A stretch of DNA of 64,000 bases from Octopus vulgaris (GCA_951406725.2 OX597828.1:12090001-12154000); one strand, 5' to 3'. Positions 1-14,245 are shown, counted from the stretch's first letter. Translations and numbers: made by a program. Notes: generated from the sequence alone by a model not told the origin.

Positions 1-2284
1 GTTGGAATAAGAAACTTGAGCAGGAAGTGTGTTCTTAAAAGGGTAAAAATCTGAAAAGGAAGGATACACATACACGCGCACACGCTGACACACACATACA
101 TGTACGTACGCACTTCCGTACTTACAAAGTTCACAATACAGTAAATAATTACGCTTTACTTAACCGCTGTTCATATTACAGTCTTTGCTCCAAGAATTTC
201 AATGTGATATTAGACGTGTTACACATTATAAAAGTTTTAGGGTTTCACATACGTGATATAGTGAAAGGAAAACTTCGACCAAACGAAATTATCCGTGCAC
301 TCAGTAAATAAAATATACTAGGAGTAAAAATACGATGACGCAAACTTCAATACAGTTGTTTATTAGAGTAGATCTGGTTTTTAATGTATACAGAAGGAGG
401 TGAATGGCATGTTTCGGTTTTATAAGAACTTTTCAGTGAAGCATATTCTACAGGGTTGTCTAGACATAAAGTGATCAACAGAATTAAAAGGAATTTAGTA
501 ACGCAAATTATGAATAGTGACAATATACTGCCGGGAAATACTTTTGGTATACTAACTGCATATTTAGGACTGCTTCATAAATTTAATAGAGACAGTTGTC
601 AACACAGAATTTTCAAGTATTTTATTAAATAAAAACACCCTCTAGAGGTTTAGAAACAAACAAACAAACAAAAAAACAATAGCAACTTCGGCAATTCAAT
701 AAGATTCTTTGATAGAAATTATTGATCAATATAATCATTGCCCATTACATTTTATCTCACTTGTACTGCACTACACTTAGTCACTTGGTGTTGAAAGACA
801 GCAAAAGCTGGTAGTTTTATTTCTACAAATACACGTATACACACACAAAGACACACTATACATAGTGGGTATAGTCATAAAACTTGTCAAGAATATTTTG
901 CCACTATGATTCTGTCAACTCCCTCTTGCCCTTTCCTAACAGACATTATTCTCTAGTCTTAAATTTGATAAACAAAGATTCTATAAACAAGACTAATAAA
1001 TTAAAACTGAACCAAAATCAGTGACAAGCTATGACTCAAACAGATTTGTTTCCCGATGTCTTAGATTGTTTCCCGAAGACAGCATGGACTTTGTCTGCCT
1101 TCTTACCCTATTAGAGGATTAAAGTAAAATTATACAAATGTGTATGATGTAATTGGTAACGTTAAGCAATTTCAAATACGTGCTTCAACTCAAACGTATT
1201 CGCATGAGTGTAAGCATGTGTGTGTATATGTGTGTTTGTATGTGCGTGTGTGTATATGTGTGTTTTTATGTGCGTGTGTGCGCGCGTGTGTGAGTGTTGT
1301 GTGTGTGTGTGTGCGTGTGTATGTATATATGTGTGTGAAGGCATATGGCTCAATGGTGCAATCTAGGTGCAATCCCATAGACATTCATGACCGAAGTGTG
1401 TCATTACTCTTTACCCTTTATATGTATACATTCATATGTATGTTGTACGGGATGTGGGGAGTATAAAATTGATCAAGGTGTATATGCACTTTTAAATAAG
1501 AGTTATGGGCGCTTCTTCCAGCATATTCTTTTAGATTAAAACTGTATTCGTACACTCGTATGCGAATTGATTCAGATATCTTTATTTGTATTATATGTCA
1601 TAAAGCTACTTAGAACTGATATCCACACTAAATCTATTGATTAAACCATCGTATTTATCCAGTAAATGTTGATCAAATAAAGATCGGTGTTTTATTTTTT
1701 CCGGTATAGCTATTCCAGTGCTAAGTTAAATGTTTTATATATATACTCTAATATGTGTCTCCTATGTATGTGTCAATATGATTGGTGCGTTATAATACTT
1801 GGCAGCTCATAAAATTTACACTATTTCATAATTTATAGTTGATATACATGTTTCTGAAACATATGTGGTAATTTCGTTTCATGTCTATCTGACAACAAGA
1901 TAGGACTTCTTAAGCATTAAAAGATCACAGATTTCCGTAAGCGTTTGACTACCGAAAGCATATTACATCCAGAGCTGGGTTATGCTACATATGTATTAAT
2001 TTATAAATCGATCTCACAACTTTATCTATTTTACTATGACGTGGATTATACAATCTGAATAATCTGAAAGCATTAGATCACAAATCTCTCTAAACGTTTG
2101 ACTGCCGGAAACTCATTGCGACCGGTGTTGGGGGTATGTATATATATACAAGTTCAGTAAAAATTTAGATTCAGATGAATATGGTACTTAAGTTAAAGGC
2201 ACTAGAATTTGGTGTGGTATTATCCATATAAATCAAAAGGGGTGATTATAATCAAAATAAGCAACAAGGATATCCCAATGTAAT

Positions 2285-2370
2285 GTAGTACAATCGTTTC
2301 ATGCTACTTCATTTAATTAAACAATGTAAGTATTACATCAGTTGTAAAATGTAGAGCACTCTTCGGCCAC
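2285..2370 (-). ncRNA. degenerate type-I hammerhead ribozyme motif with long stem II
   Basis: Minus strand reads GUGG-CCGAAGA-G-UGCU...AGCA-U-GAAA-CGAUUG-UA-CUAC. Stem I is GUGG/CUAC, the core is CUGAAGA with U->C, and stem II is UGCU/AGCA. Confidence 0.5.
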
Positions 2371-3156
2371 AAATGGAATTTTAAAAATAAAATTGACAAT
2401 GTTCATTTTTATACTTATTCCATTTGCCAACATTACAAAGAGGGTATGTATATAGACAGAGAGGTGAAATTTATCAGTAAAAACATGGTAGTAGAAGATC
2501 CTTACTCATGGGCAGATTTTTATCACTGAGTTCACTTTGTTATTTAGATTTACCAATGGGGAGGGGTTTTTCTATTAAGTTCAGTCGAGACAACCAAGAA
2601 TTTTTCTATTTATAGATAGAGGAAGGAGCAGTTTAAATGGCAGAGCCATAAATCCAACCCTTTTATGAGGAATTTAACTTTGGCACATTTGTATGTATTT
2701 TAGCTAAAGTTAGTAGGCTGAAGCTAGTGGGGTAAGGAGAATAGAGACTGCTAATAGCCTTAACCATTTAACAGCCATAATCCTACTTGTGATTTAAAAT
2801 ATCTTTTAGATAGTTTTTTCCAAAAGATTCCAATAAATTTTAGTATCTTATATACGGATGGGGAGTATAGAAATCAGTTCATATTTATAAAGATATATAT
2901 ATCAGATTATTATTAATATAGATTTATAGTTAGTTAATAAATAGTAATTTATTTGTATTAATGAGTTAAATTAAAGGAATATGCTAGATATATTATTTAT
3001 TTCCTGTAAAAAATAAAGTTTATCAATTAGCACATATATCAAGAGCCTATTAAAATATTTTAAAGTGTAATGGAAGGGAGATAATCAAGATGAACTTAAT
3101 AATTTCACTAGATATATGGCATATACATATCTACAAACAGACAGCAGACAGACTAA

Positions 3157-3179
3157 TAGATAGATAGACAGATAGATAA

Positions 3180-3240
<61 letters not shown>
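3157..3240. repeat. (GATA)n microsatellite at the 3' end of the Tx1-like LINE
   Basis: Direct reading. Confidence 0.95.
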
Positions 3241-3242
<2 letters not shown>

Positions 3243-3601
3243 TGTTTCTTTATTAGCCACACAGGGCTGCACACAGATAGAACAAATTACAAGGTAGAGC
3301 TTTTCTTTTGGGGGTAAAAAAAGGGAGTGGTGGTTTTCGATCAAAAGGGATCGTAAAAGGAAAGAAAGAGGATAAAAAAGGGAGGGGTTAAAAAAAGGGG
3401 GGGGGGCAAAAAAAAGAAAAATAGGGATCGTTATCACAGAAATGTCAATATGAAGTGTAAAGGGGAGGACAGGTGAGGTTTACCCGTGGAAAGAAAAGCC
3501 TACGGAAAAGACCACGGTAACCTTGGTCAATGAAGTCACATGTTATATTTCTTTTTTTTTTTTTTTGCAAATAAGCAACTCTCTGTATTAATTTTTCCGG
3601 T

Positions 3602-5212
3602 TCATAGAATCATAGTCAAGGTGGCTTCGTCATTCATACGTGCCATCCTTGCTACATTCACCCATCTTTTTTTAAAACATTCACTAGACAAAACTTGCCT
3701 CTCTACTCTCACTTTTTTCTTCAAGTGATACTTGAAGAAGTTGATGAGAGATTGACCAGAGAGGAAAGTGTTTGTCTCTAATCCTTTCAGGCGCGTCCAC
3801 CAGATACATTCTTTCGCCATAGCCACAAGTATGATAAAAATAGCTCTTCCTTCCCGTTTGAAGGAAGGAGGCGTGACGATATTAACGATAGACTCGGCTG
3901 ATAAACCGACTCGTCCCACACGTGACAGCAGTCGTTCGACATAAGCCCACAGGTCGGAAATTGCTGGACACTGCACGATTGCGTGCAGAGCGGTTTCGTC
4001 GCTCTGCCCGCATCTCGGGCAGGTCGGCCCCGTGTTTCTCGAGCCATGCCTATAGAGCTTATCCCGAACGGGTAGCGCTTCTCGGTAGCACCGCCAGGCC
4101 AGGGATCTCTGGAAGTTGTCCATAGGTCCCGGGCCGAAAGTCGTTTGAAACAGGCGGGTCAGGTATTCCTCGTCGACGCCCAGGTTTGCCCCGAGCTCGT
4201 CGTCGTACCTCCCCTCCACTAATCCCCTATAGAATGCTTTGGTTGTGTTGAAGTCACTCAAGGTCGACCCAGGACGGCAGAGTTGCTCGAGAGCAACGCG
4301 ACACTCGCGGTGCCATTCGCCCTTCCTCGGCCTCTTTTTGATCTACGACTGTAGTTCGGTCATGGAGACGAGTTGCGGGAATGCGTGCCTCACAAACGGC
4401 GACCACACCTGTTCACCGTCGTCTACATAGAGCCAGAGATGTCGCAGTCTCAGCGCGTGTCTGCGCATCATCAACCACGGCATGCCCAGCCCTCCTTTTA
4501 ACGGGTGTTGACAGCAAATGGATCGCCTGACCATCGGGACGTATCCTTTCAACAAGAAGCGGAAGAGGATGCGTTCTAGTTTGGTGATGGTAGGGTCGGG
4601 AGAAGGTACGACGGTCAGGCGGTAGTAGATGATGGACGCGATGTACGCGTTCACCACCTCCGCCCGACCTTTTAGGGACAGTTTCCTCTCGGCCCATTGC
4701 TGGGCGAGAGTGACCACCCTACTCGTTATCTCGTTCCAGTTCTTCTCCATTTGGAGGAAGTCTACATGCGTGTCCAAGGTAGCATTCCAATCCCCCACTA
4801 AGAGTAAAAGACGAGACGTTCCCAAGAATACTTCTAGACGTCGAAAGAAAGCCGCCCGACCTGTTAAGGGCGGTGCGTAGACTGATACGAGTCGAAAAGC
4901 GCACCCATTGCTGCCGTCAACATCCAGAACGATCAGTCTACCCTCCGGGTCTACGAATATCGTCTTGACTTCGAGATCCAGGCTCTTGTGAAAAAGTACT
5001 GCGGTGCCACTACCGCCCATCCTCGGCAGACAGGGAGCGAAATAAATGTTAAACTGTCCGCCAAACATGGACTTTAGGGCCCGTGGCTCGTGGAGTCTGG
5101 TCTCACTTATGGCTATGATTCCCAAATCATGTGACTTGATGTCATTTAGGAGGTATCCTTGTTTCCAAGGAGACCCCAAGCCACGCGCATTCACACAACC
5201 AATCTTGACCAT
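3602..5212 (-). pseudogene. Tx1-like ORF2: truncated AP endonuclease fused in frame to the post-RT region and CCHC zinc finger
   Basis: MVKIGCVNARGL..ISETRL..SVYAP..GDWNA runs directly into LQMEKNW..W..RKLSLKGRAEVVN..PLKGGLGMP. After one in-frame TAG (4343-4345) the same frame continues to CPRCGQSDETALHAIVQC. No QG or YADD motif is present. Confidence 0.88.
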
Positions 5213-5262
5213 GATTCTATTGGGGTGTGTGCTTTAAAACACAAAAATGAAAGTACAGAGAG

Positions 5263-7610
5263 TTATTCACTTGTGTCGAAAGTTTTGGCTTCCTCGTTCT
5301 TTAGTGTGTCTTCGAGGAGGTTTTTATACAGTTTTTGGGACAGATATTTCTGGAAACCCCCTACAGCATTTGGGAAGAGGGCTTTGAGTTTGTGGTGTTG
5401 TGTTTGTGTGATGTGTAGTATTTTGATGTGTTTGGGTGGTGTAGTGCGTGGATGATTGCTATTTTTAAAGTGATCTTCACAAATGTTTGTGTATCCTGTG
5501 ATGTACTCCATTAGTTTGGAGTCTTTGGTGTCTATCGCTGATAGCATTGTTTTTGTGGTGTTGGTGCTTGTTTTGTTGTGTATGGAGTTTTCAGGGTTCA
5601 GGTATCTCCCTGCTTTGGTTGCGATTTCTTGTTTGGTTTTTCTTGATCTTTTTCTTTTACCCCCTGTGGCTATTTGCCATTCTGTCGAACTTTCATCGTT
5701 AGATGAAAAGTCTGACGAATCAGCAGGGGGCAAGGGTAATGCGTCTGGGTGTGTTTGTGCGGTTGTAGATATTGTTGTGGTGCGCGGGGAGGGTGTTGCT
5801 GGGGGGTTTGTTGTGGTTATTGTCTCTCCTACATCCTTGGTGCTTGTCTTCTTCGTTGTTATTCTTGGTGTTGGAATTGGTTTATTTGTTGTTGGTGGTG
5901 ATGATTCTGTTCTTGGCGCTGGTGTTGATGTTGTTTGGTTGGGTTGGCTTGTTCTTTGTTGTTTTTCCTGCATTTCCGCATACAGCTTCTTGACTAGCTG
6001 TCCATATTGTGGTGTGGGCAATAATGCTGGCTTTTGTGATTTTTCCTGTGGCTGTTGTTGTTGTTGTAATTTTGCGGTAGATTTGCACTCCTTTTTGATG
6101 TGTGCCTCACTGCCACATGTATAGCATCGTGGCCTTCTGCCCTCGACTACTACGTATAACTTGCGGCCATCCTCAAGATGTACGTGGGTGAGGATTTTAT
6201 TGATGTCGTCTTGACTTATGTGGAAGAGGAACTCTATTCTCTTTCCCAGCCAGTCCTTGTTTTTCGAAACACCGATATCTAGGATGTTTAAGTCCTCCAT
6301 TTCGGATGTTAAGGCGGATGTTATCCACAGAGTTGTAGTCACTTGGGGACACCACTGATAATGACCTTCGTCACCTTCTGGCCGAGGTAACTCGGTGTCA
6401 TCGTTAGTTCATCAGAATGAAGGGTTATCGTTGAGAATTTCTTCGCCAACTCTTCATTCTGAAAAACCACCTGTACGTGGGCGAACTTGTTCGCCCAAGT
6501 CACATAATCATTGTATCCCCAGATGGGGCGTAAGCACTTTTCTATTTTCTCTGTGCTTGCCTTTTCTGGACTTTTAGTTTTTTTATTTGTTATTTTATAG
6601 ACAATTGTCTTCTTTTCCTCATTCAGTATGTGTTGAGGTATGTGTAAGAGTATTTTTCCGTTTTCATTTGTAATAAGGTTTCTGCAATCTTTTATCTGTT
6701 GTGTAGTAAACGAAACTTTTGTTACCTTTTCTTTTATCGCCTCGGCGAAGTTTGTTGTTTTGTTATTGTTGTTACTGCCGGTGGTGTTGGTGTTGATGGC
6801 AGGGGTGTGGGTTGTAGATTTGTGGTTGCTGATTATGCAACTAGCAAGGGGTGGAAAATTGCCTGCGTAATTTAGTCCTGCATTAGCGCAAATTTCGGCA
6901 TTTCGTTTGCTTGTCGTCGTTATTTTTTCACTTGTTGGTGATAGAGTGAGCAGTGGTTGAAGGGAATTGTTGTTGTCGTCGTCGTTGTTGTTGTTGTTGT
7001 TGTTATTGTCGTTCTTGGTGACGGCGGTGGTGTTAGTGGTATTAGTAGCATTGACGGCACGGTCTTTGGTGGCGGTGATGGTGATGTTGGTATTGTTATT
7101 GGTGGCGGCGAGCTGGCAGAAACGTTAGCACGACGGGCGAAATGCTTAGCGGTATTTCGTCTGCCGTTACGTTGTGAGTTCAAATTCCGCCGAGGTCGAC
7201 TTTGCCTTTCATCCTTTCGGGGTCGATAAATTAAGTACCAGTTACGCACTGGGGTCGATGTAATCGACTTAATACCTATGTCTGTCCTTGTTTGTCCCCT
7301 CTGTGTTTAGCCCCTTGTGGGTAATAAAGAAATAGGTATTGTTATTGGTGGCGATGTCTTTAGCACGGATAGCAGTTTTAGTAGCAGATGCTGCCATGGT
7401 GTTGTTGTCGGTGTTGGTGGTGGACACACTGATGGTGTTGACGGTGCTTGGCCTTGCGACCTTTGTTTTGTATTTGTTGCTGTTGTCGATGTTGATGGTG
7501 GTGGAGGTGGTGTTGTTGCCAGGTTCAGCGTATGCTAACAGAGCATCCTGTTTTTCTGTCTCTGCGTCACGCTTGACTTGCATCTCAGCCTCGTGGTGAC
7601 CAGTGGCCAT
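5263..7610 (-). pseudogene. Tx1-like ORF1 (gag-like RNA-binding protein), interrupted by a SINE and two frameshifts
   Basis: ATG at 7610. Removing the SINE and one TSD copy keeps the frame open to about 6505. It is followed by VVFQNEELAKKF..GQKVTKVIISGVP and RPRCYTCGSEAHIKKEC (CX2CX4HX4C). Confidence 0.8.
7104..7334 (+). mobile_element. tRNA-derived SINE (family A here) with a 19-bp TSD
   Basis: Head is GGCGGCGAGCTGGCAGAA with B-box GAGTTCAAATTCC. TSD GGTATTGTTATTGGTGGCG lies at 7089-7107 and 7335-7353. Confidence 0.92.
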
Positions 7611-7835
7611 TTTTGAAATTAAAATGGCTAAATGAAACCACGAAGGCTATGAGAATTTATTTTACTTTAAATTTTGCCCGCAAGGGGCAAAATTTTGTGT
7701 AGATATTTATCAAAGGTTTGCAGTGGATGTTGTTGCACAACTTTTAAACACAAAATATTTGTCAATATACACTTTTGAACGTATAAAAATACCAACGTAC
7801 GTGGAGCCCATTTGACTTGCGTCTGTCTGTCCAGA

Positions 7836-7851
7836 GATAGAGGTAGGTAGG

Positions 7852-7950
<99 letters not shown>

Positions 7951-7963
7951 GTAAGTAGGTAGG

Positions 7964-8042
<79 letters not shown>

Positions 8043-8047
8043 GTAGG

Positions 8048-8118
<71 letters not shown>

Positions 8119-8127
8119 GTAGGTAGG

Positions 8128-8211
<84 letters not shown>
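7836..8211. repeat. (GATA)n/(GGTA)n microsatellite at the 5' end of the Tx1-like LINE
   Basis: Direct reading. Confidence 0.95.
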
Positions 8212-8212
<1 letters not shown>

Positions 8213-10442
8213 TCGACCTCCTAGAAAATATGCATAATCTTTTTTCGGATACTGTGAAGTTGACTTATACATCTATAACATCATAATTGTACTCTTACCA
8301 ACTTTGAAAAGAGTATGGGCGCTGCATAAATATTGACCTTGCTAAAGCCTTTAGCAAGATTATATGAATATTAGAGGTTTTCTATGGTAATCATTTTATT
8401 GTTGCCAACATTGTTCTCTCTTAATCACCTGTAATAAGAGGAATACCTGCAACTGCCCTCATAAGGATACTGTTATTAATCATTATATATAAGCTAAGTA
8501 CCTTCACAGATCAATAGAACGAGAAAGGGTGAAAACAAACAGTCAATATAATAGTTAAACCGTAAATCTATACAGTGATCCATTCAAAACAACTGCTTCA
8601 TAGTAAACAGTAGAGGCATAACCTGCATGTGCCTATAAACCTGCATTCATATATCAGATCTGTAGCTGGGAAAATATGCATGACGGATATTATCATTTAT
8701 TAGTTGATATATAGTTCCTGATAAGAATTAAGAAGAATTTTTGAAAATGAATCAAAACTAATATCAAAAGATATTTACTAAGAATTATATGGAAATGTTT
8801 TCTTTATAGAATGCGGGCGACTAATAATATTCATACTGAATCTATTTATGCGGATACCCTTGCAGTTCATTATATCAAACGCCTCTGGACAGTATAATGC
8901 ACAGTTGTTGCCACCTCTCATATACGATATGGCATGTCTTACTCTATTGATTAAGAGATAAAATATGCCTTAGGTTATTGAAGTTTCCAACTGAAAGTCG
9001 CACCGAACTGTAAGTACATACTGTCCCAGAACTGACCGCTTGGAAACCACATTATCAATGAGACACTTATTTTCCAGGTTACAATCAGCTGATCTAAATT
9101 TACATATATTCAATTTACTCGCAGAAGTAATTTGAAGTTGTTTCTAAGGCAGTATCATTAACTATGCCTAGATTGGTTATTACTATTTATATGAGTGGTA
9201 TGGCCATTAGTCTGCCATTCACTATATTGCTGTTGTAACTTAGATTATTGCCACAATCCATATTGCTATCCTAAATGAAATGCGCGATATTCCATATAAA
9301 TTCAGTAGCCCAATCATTATGACAACAATAGTAGCTCTACCGAAAAGGTTGCTCCTAATGTCACCATGCCGTTATCATAAATGCTTCTATTATCAACACG
9401 CTCAATATCGTCATCATAAATGAAGTCATTACATGATCCAATTGGTAATGAGGGATTAGTTGGGATAATTGAACATGAACATTTACAGATGTTACTATCA
9501 ACATTGTTCTGTCATCTAACATAAACTATAATTCTTGATTAATTAAAATCATTTCCGCCTCTCGATGATGTGTCACAATTACTAGATGTCAATTAAGACT
9601 AGCTCTGCTTGAGAAGGAGAGACAACCTCAAGATTGCAGTTATGGAAAATAACAGGCATAGCATCTGCAGATAAGTGGATAGTTGTAAGTGCATGCTTCT
9701 GGCTCAATAGCCGTCGTCAGCTTGACAAGTTTTCCATCTTATCTCCAGAAGCATAAGGATTTAGATTTATACAAAAATTAATAGAAAACATTTATGGCCT
9801 AGGTATACACACACCTACTCACACACACATACATACATACAAACACACATACACTCAGTGTCAGAAGAACCCGTAGTTTTTGCATGCAGAATATATAAAA
9901 ACATCTTATAATAACCTTATATCAAATTTATATGTACTACTACTTACATGTAATTGTACTTGCATATATTGCTTTTATTCTACGGTATAAAAATGTTTAT
10001 AGCTGAACATTTTAGACTTTCTATGGATTGTGAAGCTTTTGAAACTTCCATTATTGAAATTTAATTTTAGGACTAAAGAAAATGCCGCCTTTATATATTA
10101 CACATGATAAAGGTTCTACAATCAGACTAAAGCAATTCTTCGAATTTATTTGGCCAGTTTTGAAACTTTGTTCTTACCAGCGAGAATTGCGTGTTGGTTA
10201 CCTGATAAACATTTAGAATTTCGAGAGGACGTGGATTAAATCATTTTACGGTTGAATTCGAAATAGATAAATCTTAAAATGATGGTTTCAAATTTTGGCA
10301 CAAAGCCAGCCATTTCGGAAAGTGTGTAAATCGATTACAAGGATCCTAGTACTTATTTTACCCACCGCATAAGGGTGAACGGCAAGCTCGACCCCGATGG
10401 CATTCGAACTCAGATCGTAAAGATATATCAAATAATGCTAGG

Positions 10443-10873
10443 CAAGGCGGCGAGCAGGCAGAAACGTTAGCACGTCGGACGAATTGCGTAGCCGTATTTC
10501 GTCTGCCGTTACGTTTTGAGTTCAAATTCCGCCGAGGTCGACTTTGCCTTTCATCCTTTCGGGGTCGATTAAATATGTACCAGTTACGCACTGGGGTCGA
10601 TGTAATCGACTTAATCCGCTTGTCTGTCCTTGTTTGTCCCTCTATGTTTAGTCCCTTGTGGGCAATACAGAAATAAGAAACGATTGCACGCTGGACGAAA
10701 TGCTTAGTTTTATTTCATCTGTTTATATGTTCTGAGTTCATATTCCGCCGAGGTCCACTTTGCCTTTCATCCTTGCGGAATCGATAAATTAAGCACTAGT
10801 GGCGTACTGAGGTCGATCTAATCAACAGGCCTCCTCCCCCAAAATTTTGGGTCTTGTGTTTAGGGTAGAAAAG
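10443..10873 (+). mobile_element. family-A SINE dimer inserted into an older opposite-strand family-A copy (about 10290-10935)
   Basis: Two monomers. The TSD TATATCAAATAAYGCTAGG lies at 10424-10442 and 10874-10892. Confidence 0.85.
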
Positions 10874-12144
10874 TATATCAAATAACGCTAGGTATTTTGC
10901 CGGGCGCACTAACAATTCTACAAACTCACCGCCTCGATAAATTTATAAATAATAGCATGAAAATATTGGATTAGAAATCCTTCGCATTCCTTAAAATTTT
11001 TCAATGCATTTCAGAAGCTTAATCGGTTTTTCTGACCTTGTTTGTCCACTCTGTGTTTAGCCCCTTGTGGGCGGTAAAGAAATCGGTATTTCGCCCTTCG
11101 CTACGTTCTGAGTTCCAATTCCTTCCAATTAAGTACCAGTGAAATTCTGGGGTCGATGTAATCGACTAGTCCCCCACCCCCACCCCAAACAAAAACTTCA
11201 GTTCGATTTTAAACGTTAAAAACGAATTATTTCACGTTCTCTTGAAGCTTCTAAATTCTTATGGTGAAGCCAGCATATACTTCTCATTGGTAAGATCAAA
11301 GTTAATAAAATGGACAGATTTACCCTCTCCCCGAAATGGCTGGCTTGGTGCTACACATGTGTGTATGTATGTGTGTGTGTGCGTGTACATATATATATAT
11401 ATATATATATATGTTCATACTTTCTTTGATATTATGTCAGAACGTCTATCGTGTTTACAGACGATGTGGATTGGAGACCCAGCTACAGACTTCAACTTTT
11501 TTCGATCCAAACGTTTTTTTTTAACTCATTATTTACATTGATCTATTTATAGAGCATAAAACCTGACGATTAAAAGTCACAAACAAATTTGAATGTGAAG
11601 AATAAATTATTTTCTGTTCGTTCATGGACTTGAAATCACATTTCGAAGGTAAGATTTCATTTTGAAATCAGGAATTGTTATTAGAGAGAGCATCTATATT
11701 GGGAGAGATGAATGAGAAAAGTATGTGTGAGAGAGAAGCGGAAAGAGAGACGAAAAAAATATGGAGAATAAGGAAAGAAGCGGGAACCTAAGAAGATTGC
11801 TATACTTTACATTGAGACATACTACTACTCCCCCTTTGCAACATTCAGTTTTTCTACATCTCATTTCTTTTATTCATCTTTGTTTTACTATAAGAGAACA
11901 TCGGGTCTGCGTTTTCTTTTTTCACGCAATATTCCAGGTTGCATCTGTAATGGCCCATAAAATTTGGTAAAGATTCATTCAGAAATGGCGACATTGTTGC
12001 AAAACAAAAAGCAACGCTTATATGTATGTGTATGTGTGCATAGGCGAACATGCACGAGTAAGCATACATATGCATATGCATGGTTATATTTGTGTGTACA
12101 TGTGAGTGTGTATGTGTGTATATATATACACACACATACACACT

Positions 12145-12267
<123 letters not shown>

Positions 12268-12470
12268 GTTCAGAATTTCTTACAATATACATGTGTGTAT
12301 GCAAGTGTATATGTATATATGTATATAAATATATAGATTAATCAGCCGAAATTGCGAAGATGATCTGGTTCTTGACTGATGACTGAGGGCTTCGAATGTC
12401 CCGTCCTGTGGTTCTTGTGTCGTCTCTTTGGTGTTTCATGTTCTTGTCCATGTCTGTATTTATTTTTTAC

Positions 12471-12524
<54 letters not shown>

Positions 12525-12560
12525 GATATAGATATATACTTATATATATACATACATATA

Positions 12561-12605
<45 letters not shown>

Positions 12606-13650
12606 GCATATATATATATATTTATATATTTATATATATTTACGCCAGCATACACATTTGTACATGTATATTTGTATATACACTATGCATATATATTTGT
12701 GTATGTATGTATGCATGCATGTATAGATATCACACACCCACGCATTCACATACATAGAGATATATGTATGTGTGTGTGTAAGAGAGAGAGTGAGACCGAG
12801 AGTTTTAAGTCTGCACAAATAAATACGCAAATACCACACACATCCTTACACGCATAGTTCCCTCTGTGGATTTCATATCCTATATAAACTGTTAAAAGCT
12901 AATGGCCCATGTTAAAAACAAAATGGAGAGTGAAAGACAGAATAAGAGAAAAAGAGAAATATGGAGGGGAAGAGCGAGGGAATAAGAGTTTGCGGGAGCG
13001 TTGAAATTTCTGTTCTGGCGAATAATTTGGGGCTTAAAAGAAGAGAAGAAAACACAAGCTTATTTATTTGATTCAATGTTACATACACCATGGGGATTCT
13101 ATCATCTTACTTACTGTACGAGAGAGCAAGAGTTAATTTTCTTTAAAAAGAAATAAATTATAAACAAACAGAATATAATAGTACTATCTAGAAAAAGGGT
13201 ATTATTCCTTTGGGAATATTGATTTATTTTATTTTTCTAATATCTTGTTTCTTATACATTTAGGCGATCATGCTTTTTACATTCTGAAGGCTATGTTATT
13301 TTTACAAGAGCAAACATGGAAATAAAAATATTAAGATTTTGAGGTTTACCTCGTAAAAGCACCTCCTTCGTTAATCCGATTGTTTGTTTATTCACGCACA
13401 CGAATTAACATACACACACCCACACACACACACACACACAGATATAAACATATACACACACAGATGTAAGCATATACACAAATACGATATTCATGTACAT
13501 ATACGTACAGAGATGCATATACATACATGCGTACATACATACGTACGTACGTAAGTTCATACTTATTGAGGGGGTAAACAAATATACACACATACGCACA
13601 TACACATACTTGTTTTTCTTATTATTATTACTATCATCATCATCATCATC

Positions 13651-13718
<68 letters not shown>

Positions 13719-14149
13719 CATAAGAGTGGGGTAAAAGAAAAGTTTCCATATCATATTTCATAATAAGTATTCACATTTACTTATACCGTATACAACCACA
13801 GAGTTGCCATTTCACCATTCTGCCATTACGTCGCCTTTACCCACAGTTTTGTTGTTATTGTTTATCTTTGTTTTCTTTTTTTTTTTCCTGTCCAACTTTC
13901 AAGGCCATCGACTGTCTCTCACGTCTACCATTCTTACATAATAAACACGTGTTATACGGTTGTATATATGTTACGAGAAGAAAATTTAGAACACGTGTAT
14001 TATATTGGTACCAAATTTTGGCACAAGGCCAGCACGTTCGTAGGTAAGGGGTAAGTCGATTACATAGACACCAGTGATTAACTGGTATTATTTTCATTAT
14101 TTACATTATTTACATTTAATGGATGTTTGTCCTCATCTTATTTGTTGTT

Positions 14150-14198
14150 AACCCAACGTTTCGGCTGATATACCCCCTTCCAGCCTTCTTCAGGCGTC
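14150..14198 (-). ncRNA. minimal type-I hammerhead ribozyme
   Basis: GACGC-CUGAAGA-A-GGCUG-(13-nt loop)-CAGCC-GAAA-CG-UU-GGGUU. Confidence 0.78.
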
Positions 14199-14245
14199 TT
14201 GGCGAAATTTCGAACCTGGGTTCTCATTCCTAAGGTATTTTTTGA

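Larger units (their letters stand above)
3241..7835 (-). mobile_element. L1/Tx1-clade non-LTR retrotransposon, near full-length but with RT deleted
   Basis: Carries ORF1 (RRM-like TKVIISGVP and a CCHC knuckle) and ORF2 (APE N-terminus and zf-RVT C-terminus). The 3' end is AATAAAGAAACATA followed by (TCTA)n. The 5' boundary is approximate. Confidence 0.88.

Noticed and set aside
2400-3110. Possible decayed PLE endonuclease upstream of the HHR at 2285
   Set aside because: Only faint frameshifted hints (C..L.L..EKF); too weak to annotate.
5483-6124. 213-aa hydrophobic plus-strand ORF
   Set aside because: Antisense shadow of the Thr/Pro-rich LINE ORF1.
12370-12410. CTGATGA followed by TTCGAATGTC (related repeat at about 43990-44070)
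   Set aside because: No convincing stem II or GAAA, so not called as an HHR.
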